In this document: positions 13,101 to 27,243 of the stretch, piece after piece
Layout: every line of letters starts with the position of its first letter
Numbering within the stretch: the stretch's first letter is position 1
DNA from: Octopus sinensis
Lineage: Eukaryota
Direction: 5' to 3'
Assembly (NCBI RefSeq): GCF_006345805.1
Contig: NC_042999.1
Coordinates: 108,686,001-108,750,000, forward strand
DNA length: 64,000 nucleotides
Translations under genes and position numbers: made by a program
Notes under the pieces: model-generated
Told to the model about the DNA's origin: nothing
The model's input: only the letters and a program-made list of their open reading frames with translations
Database searches by the model: none

Positions 13101-14926
13101 TTAACTCTTCATGAAAATGCATTTAAATATAAACTATCAGATATGTTGTGGATAATGTATCTGGGTATTTAGGCTATCAGTTTTGCTGTCAATGCAAGCT
13201 GACAGCTGGAGTATTTTATAAATGAAAAAAGAAAGTGAAAATAATCATTACCTGAAAGGTTCAACTGGTAACCGAGAAATACAAAGCTAATGAAAGTTCC
13301 TCAAACAATAACATGTCAATGGGAAAGAACATAACTGCATTCATGTTGATAAAACTTCAAATACAGTAAGTACATTAGGTAAAAAGTTAAAGTTTCTTAC
13401 TCTAGAAAAATCATCAATAATGTGGATATCTCCTTTACATTCAGTTTGATGTACAGTTTAAATGAGTGGCCTGAAGCTTATTTGCAATTATGAGTATTTT
13501 ATTTACATTGGTGTAGCAGATATTAAAGAAAAGCTTTTGTTTTCTGACCAGCCCCTTTTAGAAAATTGATTTTGTGGTAGTATTTGATGACTTGAGCAAA
13601 TAGTAATTGCAAAGACAAGATGATTGAGTAGATAAAGTATTAGTCATAAGTTTGGTGTATTTCTGGACAGGGCATCTCATTCTACATAACATAATTTAAT
13701 GTAACTGTTAGTAACAGGTACCAAATTATCTGACAGTGTTATCCATGAAAGGCTTGTGTCCTATTTGCAACATTATCTCTCATCTGCTTCACACTACAGT
13801 ACTCAAACTAACATCAGCTCTTAAGGAATCCCCACTAAGCCTGGAAGGCATATTCTTTTCTTTCCTGTTTTTTCAAAAATTGTTATTGACCCTTTTTGTT
13901 TGTGTTAAATCTGTCTTGCCTGGAGACTCTTGTGTTTATATTTCTCATATTTAAGTATATACTTATCTGTTATATCATCTCACCAACTTATAACAATCTT
14001 TTAAATTTATTATATCCATAATCCATGTAAAATTTTGTGGCCTTGTTGCAAGTAACAATTATGTTATGTAATGAAAATACTGTCTACAAATTTCTCACAG
14101 TTATATATTTATAATGGGTCTGCTCAAATTCACTTCAACCTATTCAGTACATTGCACATGCTGATTAGGACACTTTTAAATAGATTACTTTTAAGCAGTA
14201 ATCACTAAAAAGATTTCCTGCTTATTAATAAAGCTATTAATTAAAATGCTATCAGTCTCAAATCTAAACTAGTATCCCATTTCCTACCTTAGATCTTTGC
14301 CTTTTTTTTTCTACTTATTCCTTCTAGCCTATATATTTAGTCTTTCATATCTAATCTTCCATTTTCAGTACAACTGTATTATCTCAGTTTTTTTCTTTCT
14401 TTCTTGTAAACATCATTGAAGCATCTTAATGTTCAGCTGTTTCCACTTTTGTCTAAGTTTCTTAAGTCTGTTCTTGGTAACTACCATTTTTCAGTCTGTG
14501 AATGAAAACTTTGCTTTAACAATTAAATATCTATCATCTTTCATACATAATCTGCCCATTCCAGTTGGATGTTGGATGATGCTATGCACAATGCTACCTA
14601 GATTGACACCTGAAGAACACTAACATTGAATTATTTTGACTTTCATATGTGATGTTTAAGTTGCTTTACTCTTGGACATTTCTGGTAAAACCATCTAAGC
14701 CTTTTAGATATTTACTGTTCACAGTTCAGATTTCTGCAATATTAATGTCATTGTCAAAGAATTCAAATTTTCAAGCTTGTTTCTTATAATTTTCTAAAGA
14801 ATCTTATTGACAGTAAGGTTCTACTTTTTCAGACTATTACTCTCATCTTCAGAGATGAAAAATCCTTTAATATTTGCATCTAAGCTCCATTGTAATTAGT
14901 TTAAGAAATAAAGTTTCCTAGTTTAA

Positions 14927-15140
14927 CTCCATAGCATTAAGATTACTCTGTCAAATGTAATGCTTATTTATTTATGTTGTTTTGAATTACTCATGCATTA
15001 TGTCATAGCTTCAAATTTCAATGATGTAACTATTTATTTTTAAAGTAACATTGTTGGGTAGGTATGAGAGGCTGAATCTAGCCAGTTTGAACATAGGTAG
15101 AATATTTGGGCTGGATATGGTCAGTTTAAATTCTAAAGGG
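14927..15140. mobile_element. piggyBac-type MITE (214 bp), second family
   Basis: TTAA at 14923-14926 and 15141-15144; right end ttaaattctaaaggg and decayed left end ctccatagcattaa. Confidence 0.62.
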
Positions 15141-15904
15141 TTAAATACAGTTTGAAATTATGTATCTGGTAATGATTAGAATGTAAACCAATGTAAATGT
15201 AATGTAAATGTAAATATTGAAATAATGTTCCATTTCTAAGACTGAGGTTAATGGTTCGAAAAAAAAAAAAAGTCTTATTAACTACAAACATAGCTCAGAT
15301 ATTTAGGCTTTCCTTGACAATGTTTGCTTACATCAAAATTCTTGCTTGTAAAGTAATTTGTTATATTTCCCAAGGTATTGATGTTAATTTCATTATTAAA
15401 TCTCATGTATGTGAATGATATGTAATGACTACATCAGCACTTTAGTTTTGATTGTATTTCATTCCAGGTTCAATTTCCCATTAGCTTCTGTAATCACCAA
15501 TAGTTATAAATTTGCTGAAGAGATGTAAATGCAGTAGCAGAGTTGATATATTTATTACTTTAAGTTATTGTGTGTCTGGAAAGAGAGAGGGTGGAGAGAG
15601 AGAACCATTACGCAGTCTTTCAACCTTTGCATCCTGTCAAACCAACCCATGCTAACATGGAATAAGAATGGTAAATGATGATGATATGTATATGTTCATA
15701 CACATACACAAACATGAGAGCTGGAAGCATGGGTAATAGTAACTTCAGTGACTATGGCATGGCTGATAGACAGGTGAGTGATAAAAGAGAGTGTGATAAG
15801 AAGGGTGAGTGACTGATGTTTTAGAGGGACGAGTGGCTATCAATGAGGTCAGTGACATACACATATATGCCTTTTACGTATTCACACTTACTTAAAGGCT
15901 TACA

Positions 15905-16222
15905 CGCATGGCTTAGTGGTTAGGGCATTCGACTCAAGATTGTAAGGTCATGAGCTCAATTCCCAGCGACTCGTTGTGTCCTTGAGCAAGAGATTTTATT
16001 TCACGTTGCTCCAGTCCACTCAACTGGCAAAAATGAGTTGTACCTGTATTTCAAAGGGCTGGCCTTGTCACACTCTGTGTCATGCTGAATCTCACTGAGA
16101 ACTATGTTAGGAGTACATGTGTCTGTGAATTGCTCAGTCACTTGCACATTAATTTCATGAGCAAGCTGTTCCGTTGATCGTATTAGCTGGGACCCTTGTC
16201 ATCATAACCGACCGAGTGCTCC
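15905..16222 (+). mobile_element. Full-length tRNA-derived SINE (family C)
   Basis: A box tggcttagtggttaggg, B box gagctcaattccc, core gtgtccttgagcaagagattttatttcacgttgctccagtccactca. Its 3' body recurs at 54405-54548. Confidence 0.85.
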
Positions 16223-17480
16223 ATTACACTATGTGTACATATAAACATATACGTAAATATGCTTACATATACACAAATATAAACATCTTTTCACCATGCC
16301 TGGATTTGTAAGTAGTTTTATGGATACTCTCTCCTTGTCTCGTTTTCACTGTACTATGTTGCTAATATGACTAAGGATAGCAGATCTTTTCAGCTTACTC
16401 TACATTGCTTCCAGTGTAACTAGGAATGCCATAGGACCTATCTAACCCTCTCTCCAACACTCATCTCCTCAGTCTCTCATGTTTTAGTTTATACTGATTG
16501 GACCTCATGCAAAGCCATGTAGCTCATACACCCTATCTGAACTCCCTGCTGGCCACTTGGTATTGATATTCATCATTCACTCTTATCATCATTTATCCAG
16601 CTTTTGCTATCCATCATTCTCTCATCCCTATGCCCTCAAGTGTTGATGCTACAACAAAATACACCCAGTTCACTTTTCTAAGTGTCAGGTCGGGAAAATC
16701 CTTTAGTTGTCACACACCTCTCTTGAGCTGGTACCACAAAAAAAGTTATGTGCACAGTTAATTCTATAAAGTAGTTGGCATTAGGAAAAGCATGAAGCCA
16801 TAGAAATTAAACCAAAAATGAGCTACTGTTCATGTATGTAAATGTGTTTGTGTCTCCTTGTTTAGATATCACATATAGTTATAAGTGAGCATGACTCATA
16901 CTGTCATACGAATGGTGTCTTTCCTTTCAAGTCTTCTCTAACAATATGTATGGCTAGGGAAAATTTTCCCTTACTTGGAAAGCACATAAGAATTGGTGGC
17001 AGAAAGGGTATCCTACCATAGAAAATCATCTTCCTCAATGAATTCCATCTAACCCATACAAACATGCAAAAGTGGGCATTAAGATAGTGATGATGGTGAA
17101 GAGGATGTGTGTCTTTGTGTTTGTGTGAGGGATTTTGTATTTCCTCATCTACATATGTGTTTCTCGCACTGTCGTAAACAATGGCCTTCCTTGCTAACAG
17201 TGTTATTTATTTGTAGTCCACTATGAAAACATGTCTGAGTTCTTGACATATCTTGAGATGTTGCATGATCTTTGCAAATAGAAGACTCATTTAACAAGTG
17301 CCATTTGTTTCCATTTCCACACATAAACATATCTGGGCTGTTTGTCATTTAATATATCTACATGTGTGTGTGTTTGTGTGTATGAGTAAGTGGAGTAGTG
17401 ATAGAATATTTTTAATAACAATTTAGTTTAGCTCCTGATGATTATATATATATATATATATATACACACACATACATACA

Positions 17481-18216
17481 CAGGGTAGGCCATAATGATG
17501 GGACACATTTTAAATGCTAGTATCTTGGATTGTAAAAATGTAAAAAGGACATAGAGAACCGAATATATTTATTACATAACTGATATATATGAGTTCAACA
17601 TATTATCTAAGATTTAAATATTACATCCTAGAGATGGTCACTACTATGAAGAGAACATTCACAAGCTCACTTTCTCATATCAAGCACACTGCTAAGCATA
17701 TCAACTGGAATGGCTGCAATCTCTCTACAGATGCTTTGTTTTAGTTCTGCTACTGTGGGTGGTGGGGGGCATCTTGTGTATACCCTGTTACAATTGCTGT
17801 ACCTTGTATGGATACAAGTGTAGATCATGTTTTAAAATCCTTCTGACAATAGTTTGCAAACTATTCAGCTGTTGAGCCAATCAATATGTGAACTTCGAGA
17901 GACTTTGTTCAATAGTGTTCCCCACACTTTGGCAGTTCTCTGCACTGTGAGACATTTGAGGTCAACTTGGGAAGTTTTTGTTTTTGTGGTATTGCCTGAG
18001 TCACGGTAGTTTGTAACAGCACACAGGATGGTGCCTGTCACTTTCCAAAATTCTATTGAAATTTTCTTTAGGCTGCAAATGACAGATCTTTTGCTGGTGA
18101 AGTATGTTTCAACCACATATGCAATTTCTTTTGGAGTCCACGACATTATGAGATTCACTAACTACCTGTAAAAATAGTAAAATCTAAGATAATATGTTGA
18201 GCTCCTGTATATCAGT
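17481..18216 (-). mobile_element. Internally deleted Tc1/mariner-superfamily transposon (DUF4817-like HTH N-terminus, catalytic core missing)
   Basis: ORF 17865-18158 begins MSWTPKEIAYVVETYFTSKRS. 17640-17790 on minus reads NRVYT..PPTVAELKQSICREIAAIPVDMLSSV, a typical Tc1/mariner C-terminus. Terminus cagggtaggccataatg at 17481; inverted match 17579-17615 vs 18180-18216 at 33/37. Confidence 0.8.
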
Positions 18217-18299
18217 ATATATCCTGTGTCAAAAAAATATCATTTGTAGCAGACATTCTCTCAACACCATTCACAAGTGCCTGACTTAAACTCAGAAGT

Positions 18300-18472
18300 T
18301 ACAGCCTGAGTTGTTATATATAATTATAAAAATTAAAAGTAATTAAATTTCAATGTTTTCTTGAAACAATAAATTTCTATGGAGATTGGAATTTAAATTC
18401 CAAACTATGAAAAGTTTCCATTCTACAATATTCTTAAAGGAACGAAAAATTATGCAGCAACTCGGGCTAACA
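18300..18472. repeat. Degenerate palindromic (foldback) element
   Basis: agcctgagttgttatatataatt (about 18303) pairs with aattatgcagcaactcgggct (about 18448-18469) around a perfect 18-bp palindrome ttggaatttaaattccaa near 18387-18403. Confidence 0.55.
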
Positions 18473-21400
18473 CAGACAAGTCTCATAGGTGTAAAAGACT
18501 AACTGGCATCTCTTGTTGAAAGTACAGACAACTGCCAGATTGCTGATGTTTGTTGTGCACTCCACTGTCGTTATTTGATTACTGTTATTCTGTGTGTAAA
18601 GATCACTTATGTTTTGTAGGGTTGCTTTATTTTTACCCCTAACTTAGAAATGGAAAATGACATAGTGTTATATATAAAAATAAGCCATTTTGGGCTCGAA
18701 ATATTGTGGAAAAACATGAAATTCTTTGAGCAGGCATGTGTCTTATGTGAAATTTGTGATGAGACTGATGATCTGGAGTTGCCTCTGATATACATACATA
18801 CATACATACATACATACATACATACATACATACACATATTCTGTGTGTACATGTATATGTGCACCTATCTGTATTTTACATTTGGACACAAAAATCACAC
18901 AGCTATGAGCAGTGATGTTGCTGTCATTTCCCCTGTAATCAGGTCACCTACTGGCATTGTACCTTTGAAGATGTGTGAAATATGATATCCCTTCCTTGAA
19001 AAACTGATAAGAGTTAATGACAGGAAGGGCATCCAGCTATAAAGCATTTGCCTTGATAATATATTCCTCTGATTCTATTCTAGCATGTAGAAACAAATGT
19101 AAAACCAAACAAATATATATCTGTATATATGTGCATACTCAAATATATATTGATGCTTATATGTTCACACACACATACACAAGTACCTTTGTATGTTTGT
19201 GCCTGCATACATACATATAAACATTTTTAACATTTGTAATTCTTATATCAGTAGTTGTATGAATGATAGCTATCTTTCACATCACAAAAAATATTACACA
19301 TCAAACAAACATACATATACAACGATTCATGAGACAGCATTGATGTAAAAAACCATTACCAATATTGTATTTGCACACACAAACACTGTGTGTGTGTGTG
19401 TGTATGTAAGTATCCATGCATGTGAGAGAGTGTGTCTCTAAATCTAATCAATATTTCAAAAAAGCTAAATATTTTTATTGTATAATACTAAGAGTATTAG
19501 TATCAATAGAAAGAAAGTTGTAAAGGATACAGTTCTCAAGGAAAGTTATTTAGCATGTGAAGAGCTTTTAGGAGTAGTCAGTATATGTATCAAGAAATAC
19601 AAAAACTAATAACACTGATATCGGTAGAAAAGGCAAATAGTTATATTGGAGAATCTGAATGACAAATAGGAAATGAAATTATGAAGACTATAATAGAGAA
19701 ATTTTTTAATTCAAATATATTTTGCCAGAAGTACACCATGTAATGAAGTATAATGTCTGAGGTTTTCCTGTTTTTGCTTCAAGGAAATTGGTAGTGTGCT
19801 TATTTGACAATCTAGTTTCAGGTGCCTACACAACCATAGAATATTTACATGCTAAGAATACTCTTTTCCATGTAAATTATTAACTTTCCAATTTGTCATT
19901 TTTTGTCCACACCAGGTTATTGTATTTTTGCAAACCATATTTGCATATTCTTTAAAAGTTATTTGATAGGATTGGCTGAATCAGTACAATGATGACCAGA
20001 ATGTTTTATGTTATTTACTTACATCCTTTTACTTTATGAGTTCAATTCCTGCCAAAGATTTTAAAAAATATTCTGCCTTCCATACTACCTGGTTTTATAA
20101 AATAAGTACCAGAGTGTGTTGGTACAAAGATGATTGACCGTTTCCTCTGTTTATAGCTGCTTGCAAATGTTAGAAAGCAAAGCCATTATATTTAACAATG
20201 ATGAATACTGGAATGATACTATAGTTTCTTAGCTCATCCTAGAAAATAAGAAGAGTATGTTTAGCAGAAATCCTTGTAAATTTGAATAAGAATACGTCAA
20301 CAGAAAGGTTAATTGCAGCCTTTGTTTTTCAATTATTCTTGATTTTAATCATTACTCTGATTGTTTTTAGATGGCATATTTCTACACATATTCTTTGGTT
20401 AATATCTATTTCACAGATCTTTATTATAACTAAAATGTTTCAAAACTCTTGTTCATTGTACCACAACTATATGACTCAATTGATATCACTTGCTACAACA
20501 AAAATAAGAAGAAACTGAAATTTCGAAAGAAAAGCACAAATATTTCTTTGATAAGATAATGAATATTAACACAGTGAGAAAATGGTTCACTTTCAGATGA
20601 AAGATTTTATATAACAACCGTCACAGGGAATGAAAATTATTGTCGCTGCCAAATGTAAAAATCAATACCGAACACTTGAAGGATAAGACTTTGAGAAAGG
20701 AATGCATCATTAAAATTTACAGTTTGGTTGAGATATTTTTATATTTTCATTCCACGGTAGAACTAGAACTATATGTAAATCATGTTGGTTTTATAAGAAC
20801 TCCATTTATAATTCTATACAATCACTATTAAGAAAGAAATAAAAGCCCACTACTAGTCTTTGATGCTATGAAAAGAATGTCATAACTTGTGTCTTTTAAT
20901 ACCCAACATCTGCTGGACTCAGCCTAACTTGTTGTCAAGAAAGACATCATAAACTGACTAACATGCAAAATCCATCTGCACCAGTGAAGCTTACAAACAA
21001 GAAATCTGCCAGTTGCAGAATACAAACTTGCATTAGAAATAACCACTGTAAACCCAAAATTATGAGAGAGCTACTACATGATTACTCAACATGCCAGAAA
21101 TAGTAGCCGAATTTTTCTCGAATTACAGTCTATCATCTTTAAAAAAGAAAAAAAGATACACATCAAATAATGTTATCAAAAGTACTTACGTTTGAAAAGA
21201 GGCTGGATTATACACCAACTCAATCAAGCCAAATTTTGGTTGAAAAAAAATAAGCTGTCCTTAAGCAAAACATGCCCTTGGGAAACAAGTATTTTAATCA
21301 TGTAGCCATATAATATTCCTAGAATATTATATAACCAAGAGACAAAATCATTTGAGATATTAAATTGATCACATCTCATTAATTTATTTAAAGACCTAAA

Positions 21401-22361
21401 ACGAAAGAGACACAACAACTAGATATCAGAACTGGAGAATTGTAATTTGAATTAAAGCAATAAAGTTTAAAATGGCAATCTGTCAGTAGAACAAAAAAGA
21501 AAATACTGAAATTTTCATGCATAATCATGTTTTTGCATTTATTTCTATGTTCTTTCATCATCAGGATTTATATTATAAACAAACAAAGCACCAGAGAGAA
21601 AACTTCTAAAATAGAAAAAGAAGAGGCCACATTCATTAAAGCAATTTAATGTACCTTTAACTCAGTAACACTAAGATAAGTTTAAATAACCATAAAAATT
21701 GTCAATGAAAAGGGATTTTGAAAAATGAATTGCAATAAACATGTTATTTTGTTTGGGTTGTGCTTTTGAGTATTTTGTCACCATTTCAGTCATTGCCAAA
21801 AAACATATATAGAATATATTGATTAAAATGTTAGGGTGATAAAAGCACTAAATAAATTGATACATCATATTATTCTTGTAGACACAACCATTTTGTTTTT
21901 TACCTTTCTATGATGTAAAATTTATTCAGTCATCCTATATTATTTACATTTATAGTAATTTTATGATTGCAATTCACTTCCAATATGTATTATATTTACT
22001 ACCAACTAGATTAAAGAAGTCTCACTTTCTGTGAATAAAACCTATTTGCATTTCCCAATTATAAATTGGATTTTTTTTTTTTTTTTTCTTTGGAAACAAA
22101 ATTAATTGGAATATTTTTCTTCTTCTGAGATATTCATCCAACTTGTGAAATTAGAAACGAAATGCAAAACATAAGCCGAAACAATTAATATGATCATATA
22201 AGTTTAAGATTTATGGCTTGCTCAGGCTCTCACTGCAAAGAGAGAGAGAGAGAGAGTGTGTGTGTGTGTGTATTCTATTACATTCATTTATATACTGCTT
22301 TTGTTAAATTTTTAAAATCTAATGAACTGGAGAGTATTTTTCTATTTTTCTAACATTAAAC

Positions 22362-22366
<5 letters not shown>

Positions 22367-22425
<59 letters not shown>
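22367..22425. repeat. (CT)n microsatellite
   Basis: Uninterrupted CT tract of about 29 units. Confidence 0.95.
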
Positions 22426-22428
<3 letters not shown>

Positions 22429-23345
22429 ATATTGACTACATGAAAAGAAATGTGCTGGCAGATGTTCTGCTATTTTAAAAATATTGGAACATGTGAAGAA
22501 TAATGACAGTTGTTGAAATTTTACATGAAGAGGAAAGTGATAATTTTCTTACTAAATACATAGAAAAGTGTGGTTTTAGCAACATATAAAAATAAGAAAA
22601 CCGATAGCTGTTCTAGTCAATTTTCTATGTATTTGAAATAGGAATAACTGTAATCATAAGCTTGTTATCTTTGTAACTCTTGTCATAATGAAGGGGGAGT
22701 TTTCATATACTGGGATATGGTAGAATTTATCATTTTCATATGTTATAATCTTTGGTTTATCGCTGAAATAAATTGATTGAAGTTAGTGAAATGGTAATTA
22801 AAATTACTTGAGATTAATGCGAATTTATCAAAGTTAAACAGAATTACTAGTAAATGGCTTTTGTTGTTTAACCCCGTCTTAGTCTTCATTGACCAGACCT
22901 ATGTTTTAGTCATAGTGTATCTAAAACTTCCTGATATAATGATTTTGTCTGTTTAAGACAGTCACAAGTGATTTAAAGAAGATGTAGTTGCTACTTCAAT
23001 CTGATTGAGCAATAGTATAGAGAGTTGACTAGTGGTAACAAATGAACTGGAAAGAAGTATAAGTAGTTAACATTTGGTGTACCAGTATTTCTGATTTTTC
23101 CTCTTTTTATTTTTTACTAAAAAACGGGTATCTTTTACAAAAAAAAAAATTGAATATTATATTATGTATCTTCCAGTACAAATCTTAAAAAATGTTATAA
23201 ACCTTATACATACAAAGCCAAGTATATTTACTTGTGCTATTTTGGGAATATCTTCCTAAATTCAGCTTCTCAATTTGCTATCTATATTTTAAATTTAGAG
23301 TTAAGCAAACTCATTCTAAATACCAAAGTTTGGAAAATCAGCAAC

Positions 23346-23360
23346 TATATATATCTATCT

Positions 23361-23445
<85 letters not shown>

Positions 23446-23466
23446 TATATATATATACATATATAT
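23346..23466. repeat. Compound (CT)n(AT)n(AC)n microsatellite
   Basis: Visible directly; produces the spurious YIYI and SLSL ORFs. Confidence 0.95.
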
Positions 23467-26097
23467 GTAATCTTATGTAGTTGTACATCAGACATGCCAC
23501 ATGTTGTATATTTTTGTTGATTTTCTGATTTTCAAACACAGCTATCCTGTCTTCAGTTTGTAATATTCAACTAAATATCCCTTGTGATTTTAAGTAAACT
23601 TCATAAGCTAAAAGAAAATATTTTCTTTGTTAAAGACTATCAAAGAAATCTGTTGTTTCTATCCAACACATGGAAACTTTTCCTTTCTGATTTGCCATAA
23701 TGTAAGTTATCTCGTATCTTGGAAGACATATCAAAATCTTATTGATAACATATGAATTCAACATTTGTTCAAATATGTTCTCCTTAACTCCTGGATAAAC
23801 AGACTGTATCTCATATTTGAAAGCATAAAAAAGCTTTCTATCATAATGACATTTATTTTTATTTTCAATTTTATTTCAATTCCTGGTGAAAGCAAATAGC
23901 CAAGCACTTGCACATTTAGTATAAATCTGATTAAACAGATATCAGGGATATTTCTAAAGATAAACAGTTATTTCAATTCTCTATAAACATATTTCAACAA
24001 GGTGGTAAGTCATACATGGGATTTTTTTTTTACAGTTGAATACCATTTAACAAAAGAAGTCTTTATTTAGTTGAATGTAGATTTCAGGCAATGAATAGTT
24101 AATTTATTTTCTGCTTTGAAGTAACAAAGCTTAGTTTTGTGCATAACTCACCACTAAAGATACAAGAGAAATATCTGTTTTCAATATGCATACTGACATT
24201 GTGTGTGCATGTGTGTATACTCTGTGCTCTGCTGTTGCTCTACATTTTATAAGAAAAATAAAGCTGTGTCAATGCCAGTATGAAATGTCAGTAGCTACTC
24301 CTATTCATTTATAATTAAAGGGTAAATGTAGAAAGAAAGGGGCATTAATTTTAGGAAAGTCTGTGGAAGTGTGGCATTCATCATAATTTGGAAATACATT
24401 ACAGCTAGAGAAGCTTGTTGTGGAAAGAATAGTAATATCATGATTGCCACATAGTTTAACTGATTTAGAGCTGCTTAAAGAATTGATCCTAGAATAAAAG
24501 TCAATGTTAAACATTCAACTTTTATTTAACCCTACTATCAATATAGTTAGAAACTAATATGGCCAGAGATACTGCTTACAATTAATATATTTAGCTGTTG
24601 GTTCCAAAGGAGAAGAGGTAAGGGATATAAATGGCTCTTTAATTAAACTTACAATCTTCTTTCAAAGAAATGATATATAAGAAAAACAAAAAAGTAGTTT
24701 TATTTAATCAAGTTTTAAGGGAATTATCAATGTTAAGTAGTTGTTTTCATTATTCAATGCATCTGTGTTGAATGTGTTTTGCCTCTAATATAATTTCTAT
24801 AAGATTCAAAGGAATTTGTAATGATTCCTTTCCATTTATGTAGCTTTTAAGTCATTTATCTTTTAACTGATATTTAACTACTCATTCTAGTAAGTTCTAC
24901 TTTAAAATGCTATAGTGTTCATGCTTTCACTTAAATGTAATCAACAGGTTCCTATGATCTTGTCAGAGGGTTGGTAGTTGTTTGGAGCTGAAATATTTGC
25001 TCACCCTGAAGTATTTAATAATAGTGAGGCTGAGCATTTGAAGCAGTTTTGAGGGTTCTGGTTGTGTGCTGTTCATGTTTAGCAAGATAAGATAATGTTT
25101 ACTTCACATGTGAAGTGTTTGCTGTTGAATGAGACAAAACTGGAATGACTGTTTCTGAGGTCACCTGTCTTGAGAATCAGTGCTGGTTTAGCATGAGATA
25201 ACACTGAATTGAACAAGGTTATGGGGGAATTAAGTGGAGTATAGTCTGTATAGCAATGAGCCTTGTTTGTTGGATCAGGAGGTGCTCAGTCAGTATTTGT
25301 CACAATGATGCAGTTTAACGAGATGTTACAGAATAGGGACTGACAGAAAATTGTTAACTACGCCATCTCCCATTACCTAAATATAACATGAGTTTTTACT
25401 AACATCTTGACATCTGACTCTATTGGTTCAAGATAGCCACATGTTGACAAGATATGATATGATCAAGATGAAAGTTACCATGAATTGGTTGACATAGACA
25501 AAGTTGATTGAAATCAGGAAAATTTGAAAATTATAATAATGAAATTATTGTATACAATGCTCAGGTGCACCACAACTTGTCAAAGGTGTGTATAAAGCAT
25601 ATGCAGTAATGTACAAGTATCTAAAATTTAGATACAAGTATGCACACAAATGTACAAGTATCTAAAATTTAGAATTGTTATTCAGCAAGTTTAAGATTTT
25701 TATGATTTTGCACACTTTACTATCATAGATATTAAATTAATGTTAGTACAATCTAAAAATCTATTATTGGTTGTGAATAAATTAGTCAAAAGTAAGATGT
25801 CTATTTACATAAGGTTTTGACTATTTTAGAATCCTTATGAAGTTTGACTGTTCATTTAACAAATGGGTGAACACTGGAAACAGATGTCCTGAAAATATAT
25901 AGCGTGAAATCTTTATAGATCTTCACACTGCAGGCAAATGCTTGGTCAAGATACTTTTAACTTGTGTGTGTATGAGAGAGAGGATGGGGGAGGGAAATGA
26001 GACATTGTGTGAGTAATTTCTCTATAGCTTTATACTGGCTATTGCTGTATAGCTGTTTGTGTTAGGCTGTGTAGTTCCTTTAAAATGTCTATATATA

Positions 26098-26440
26098 GGT
26101 GCAGGAGTGTTTGTATGGTAAGAAGCTGGCTTTCCAGCCTCATGGTTCCAGGTTCAGTCCCACTGCATGGCACCTTGGGCAAGTGTCTTCTACTGTAGCC
26201 TCAGATGGAAACTGAGAGAGACCCATCATATATATATGTGTGTGTGTATATGTGTGTTGTCCCCACATCATCGCTTGACAACCAATGTTGGTGTGTTTAT
26301 ACCCCCATAACATAACAAAAGAGATCGATAAAATAAGAACTAGGCTTACAAAGAATAAGTCCTGGAGTTGATTTATTCGACTAAAGGCAGTGCTCCAGCA
26401 TGGCCACAGTCAAATGACTGAAACAAGTAAAAGAATAAAA
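26098..26440 (+). mobile_element. CORE-type tRNA SINE (family A) with a short internal deletion
   Basis: Colinear with 7826-8217 from the head ggtgcaggagtg to the tail gactgaaacaagtaaaagaataaaa. Confidence 0.88.
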
Positions 26441-27026
26441 TACTAAAAGAATAGCCATTCAATCAACAAAAAGTAATCTAAGGGAAATAGCTCAAGTAGG
26501 TCAATATCATGAAGTTAGTTAATTCAAGTAAGTGATGACATATCAAATGATATATACAAAAGGTTTTTAGTGAAGTAAAATTTGCTTTTGATCTGGAGAG
26601 AGTAAACAAAATCCTATCAGCAGTTGTTTTTGACTTTCACAGAAAAGGCAAGATAATTTCAAGAAATTACAAAAATTTATACCACAGGAAATTTTAAGCT
26701 TAACTGGGGACCTCGGCTCTTTGTTAGCAGACACAGTGACTACTACTGACATATTTCAGTCATGTTTGATCACATAAGTAAAAACATTGTCTTTGTAAAC
26801 CTGCTTTGGTCAGTGGACATTTTTTACTTAAAAAACAAAACAAAGAAGTAGGTATTACAAAGATTTTAAACCAGTATAATTTGCATATTCACAAAATATA
26901 AGTTATAATGGATATATTGTATTTAGTGCTCAGGTGCATTACAAGTTAATAGAAATAATTCATGGCGTTCAAAAGTCATGATCAAACAGACTGAAGGACT
27001 GTCAGTATACACAACCACTGTTTAAT

Positions 27027-27243
27027 ATTCTTTTCTACTCTAGGTACAAAGCCTGAAATTTGGGGGGAGGGAGCCAATCAATTAGATCGACTCCAATATA
27101 CAACTGGTACTTAATTTATTGACCCTGAAAGGATGAAAGGCAAAGTCGACCTCGGCGGAATTTGAACTCAGAATGTAACGGCAGACGAAATACAGCCATG
27201 GATTTCGCACAGCGTACTAACGTTTCTGCCAGGTCGCCGCCTT
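27027..27243 (-). mobile_element. Young full-length Meta-domain-type SINE (family B) with 13-bp target-site duplication
   Basis: CpG-rich; the reverse complement contains the B box gagttcaaattcc and Meta-like gcctttcatcctttcagggtcaataaattaagtaccag. Flanked by accactgtttaat (27014-27026) and accactatttaat (27244-27256). Confidence 0.92.

Noticed and set aside
26643-26776. 44-codon open frame after an acceptor-like tttcacag
   Set aside because: Ends in a stop with no convincing donor and has no recognisable homology.
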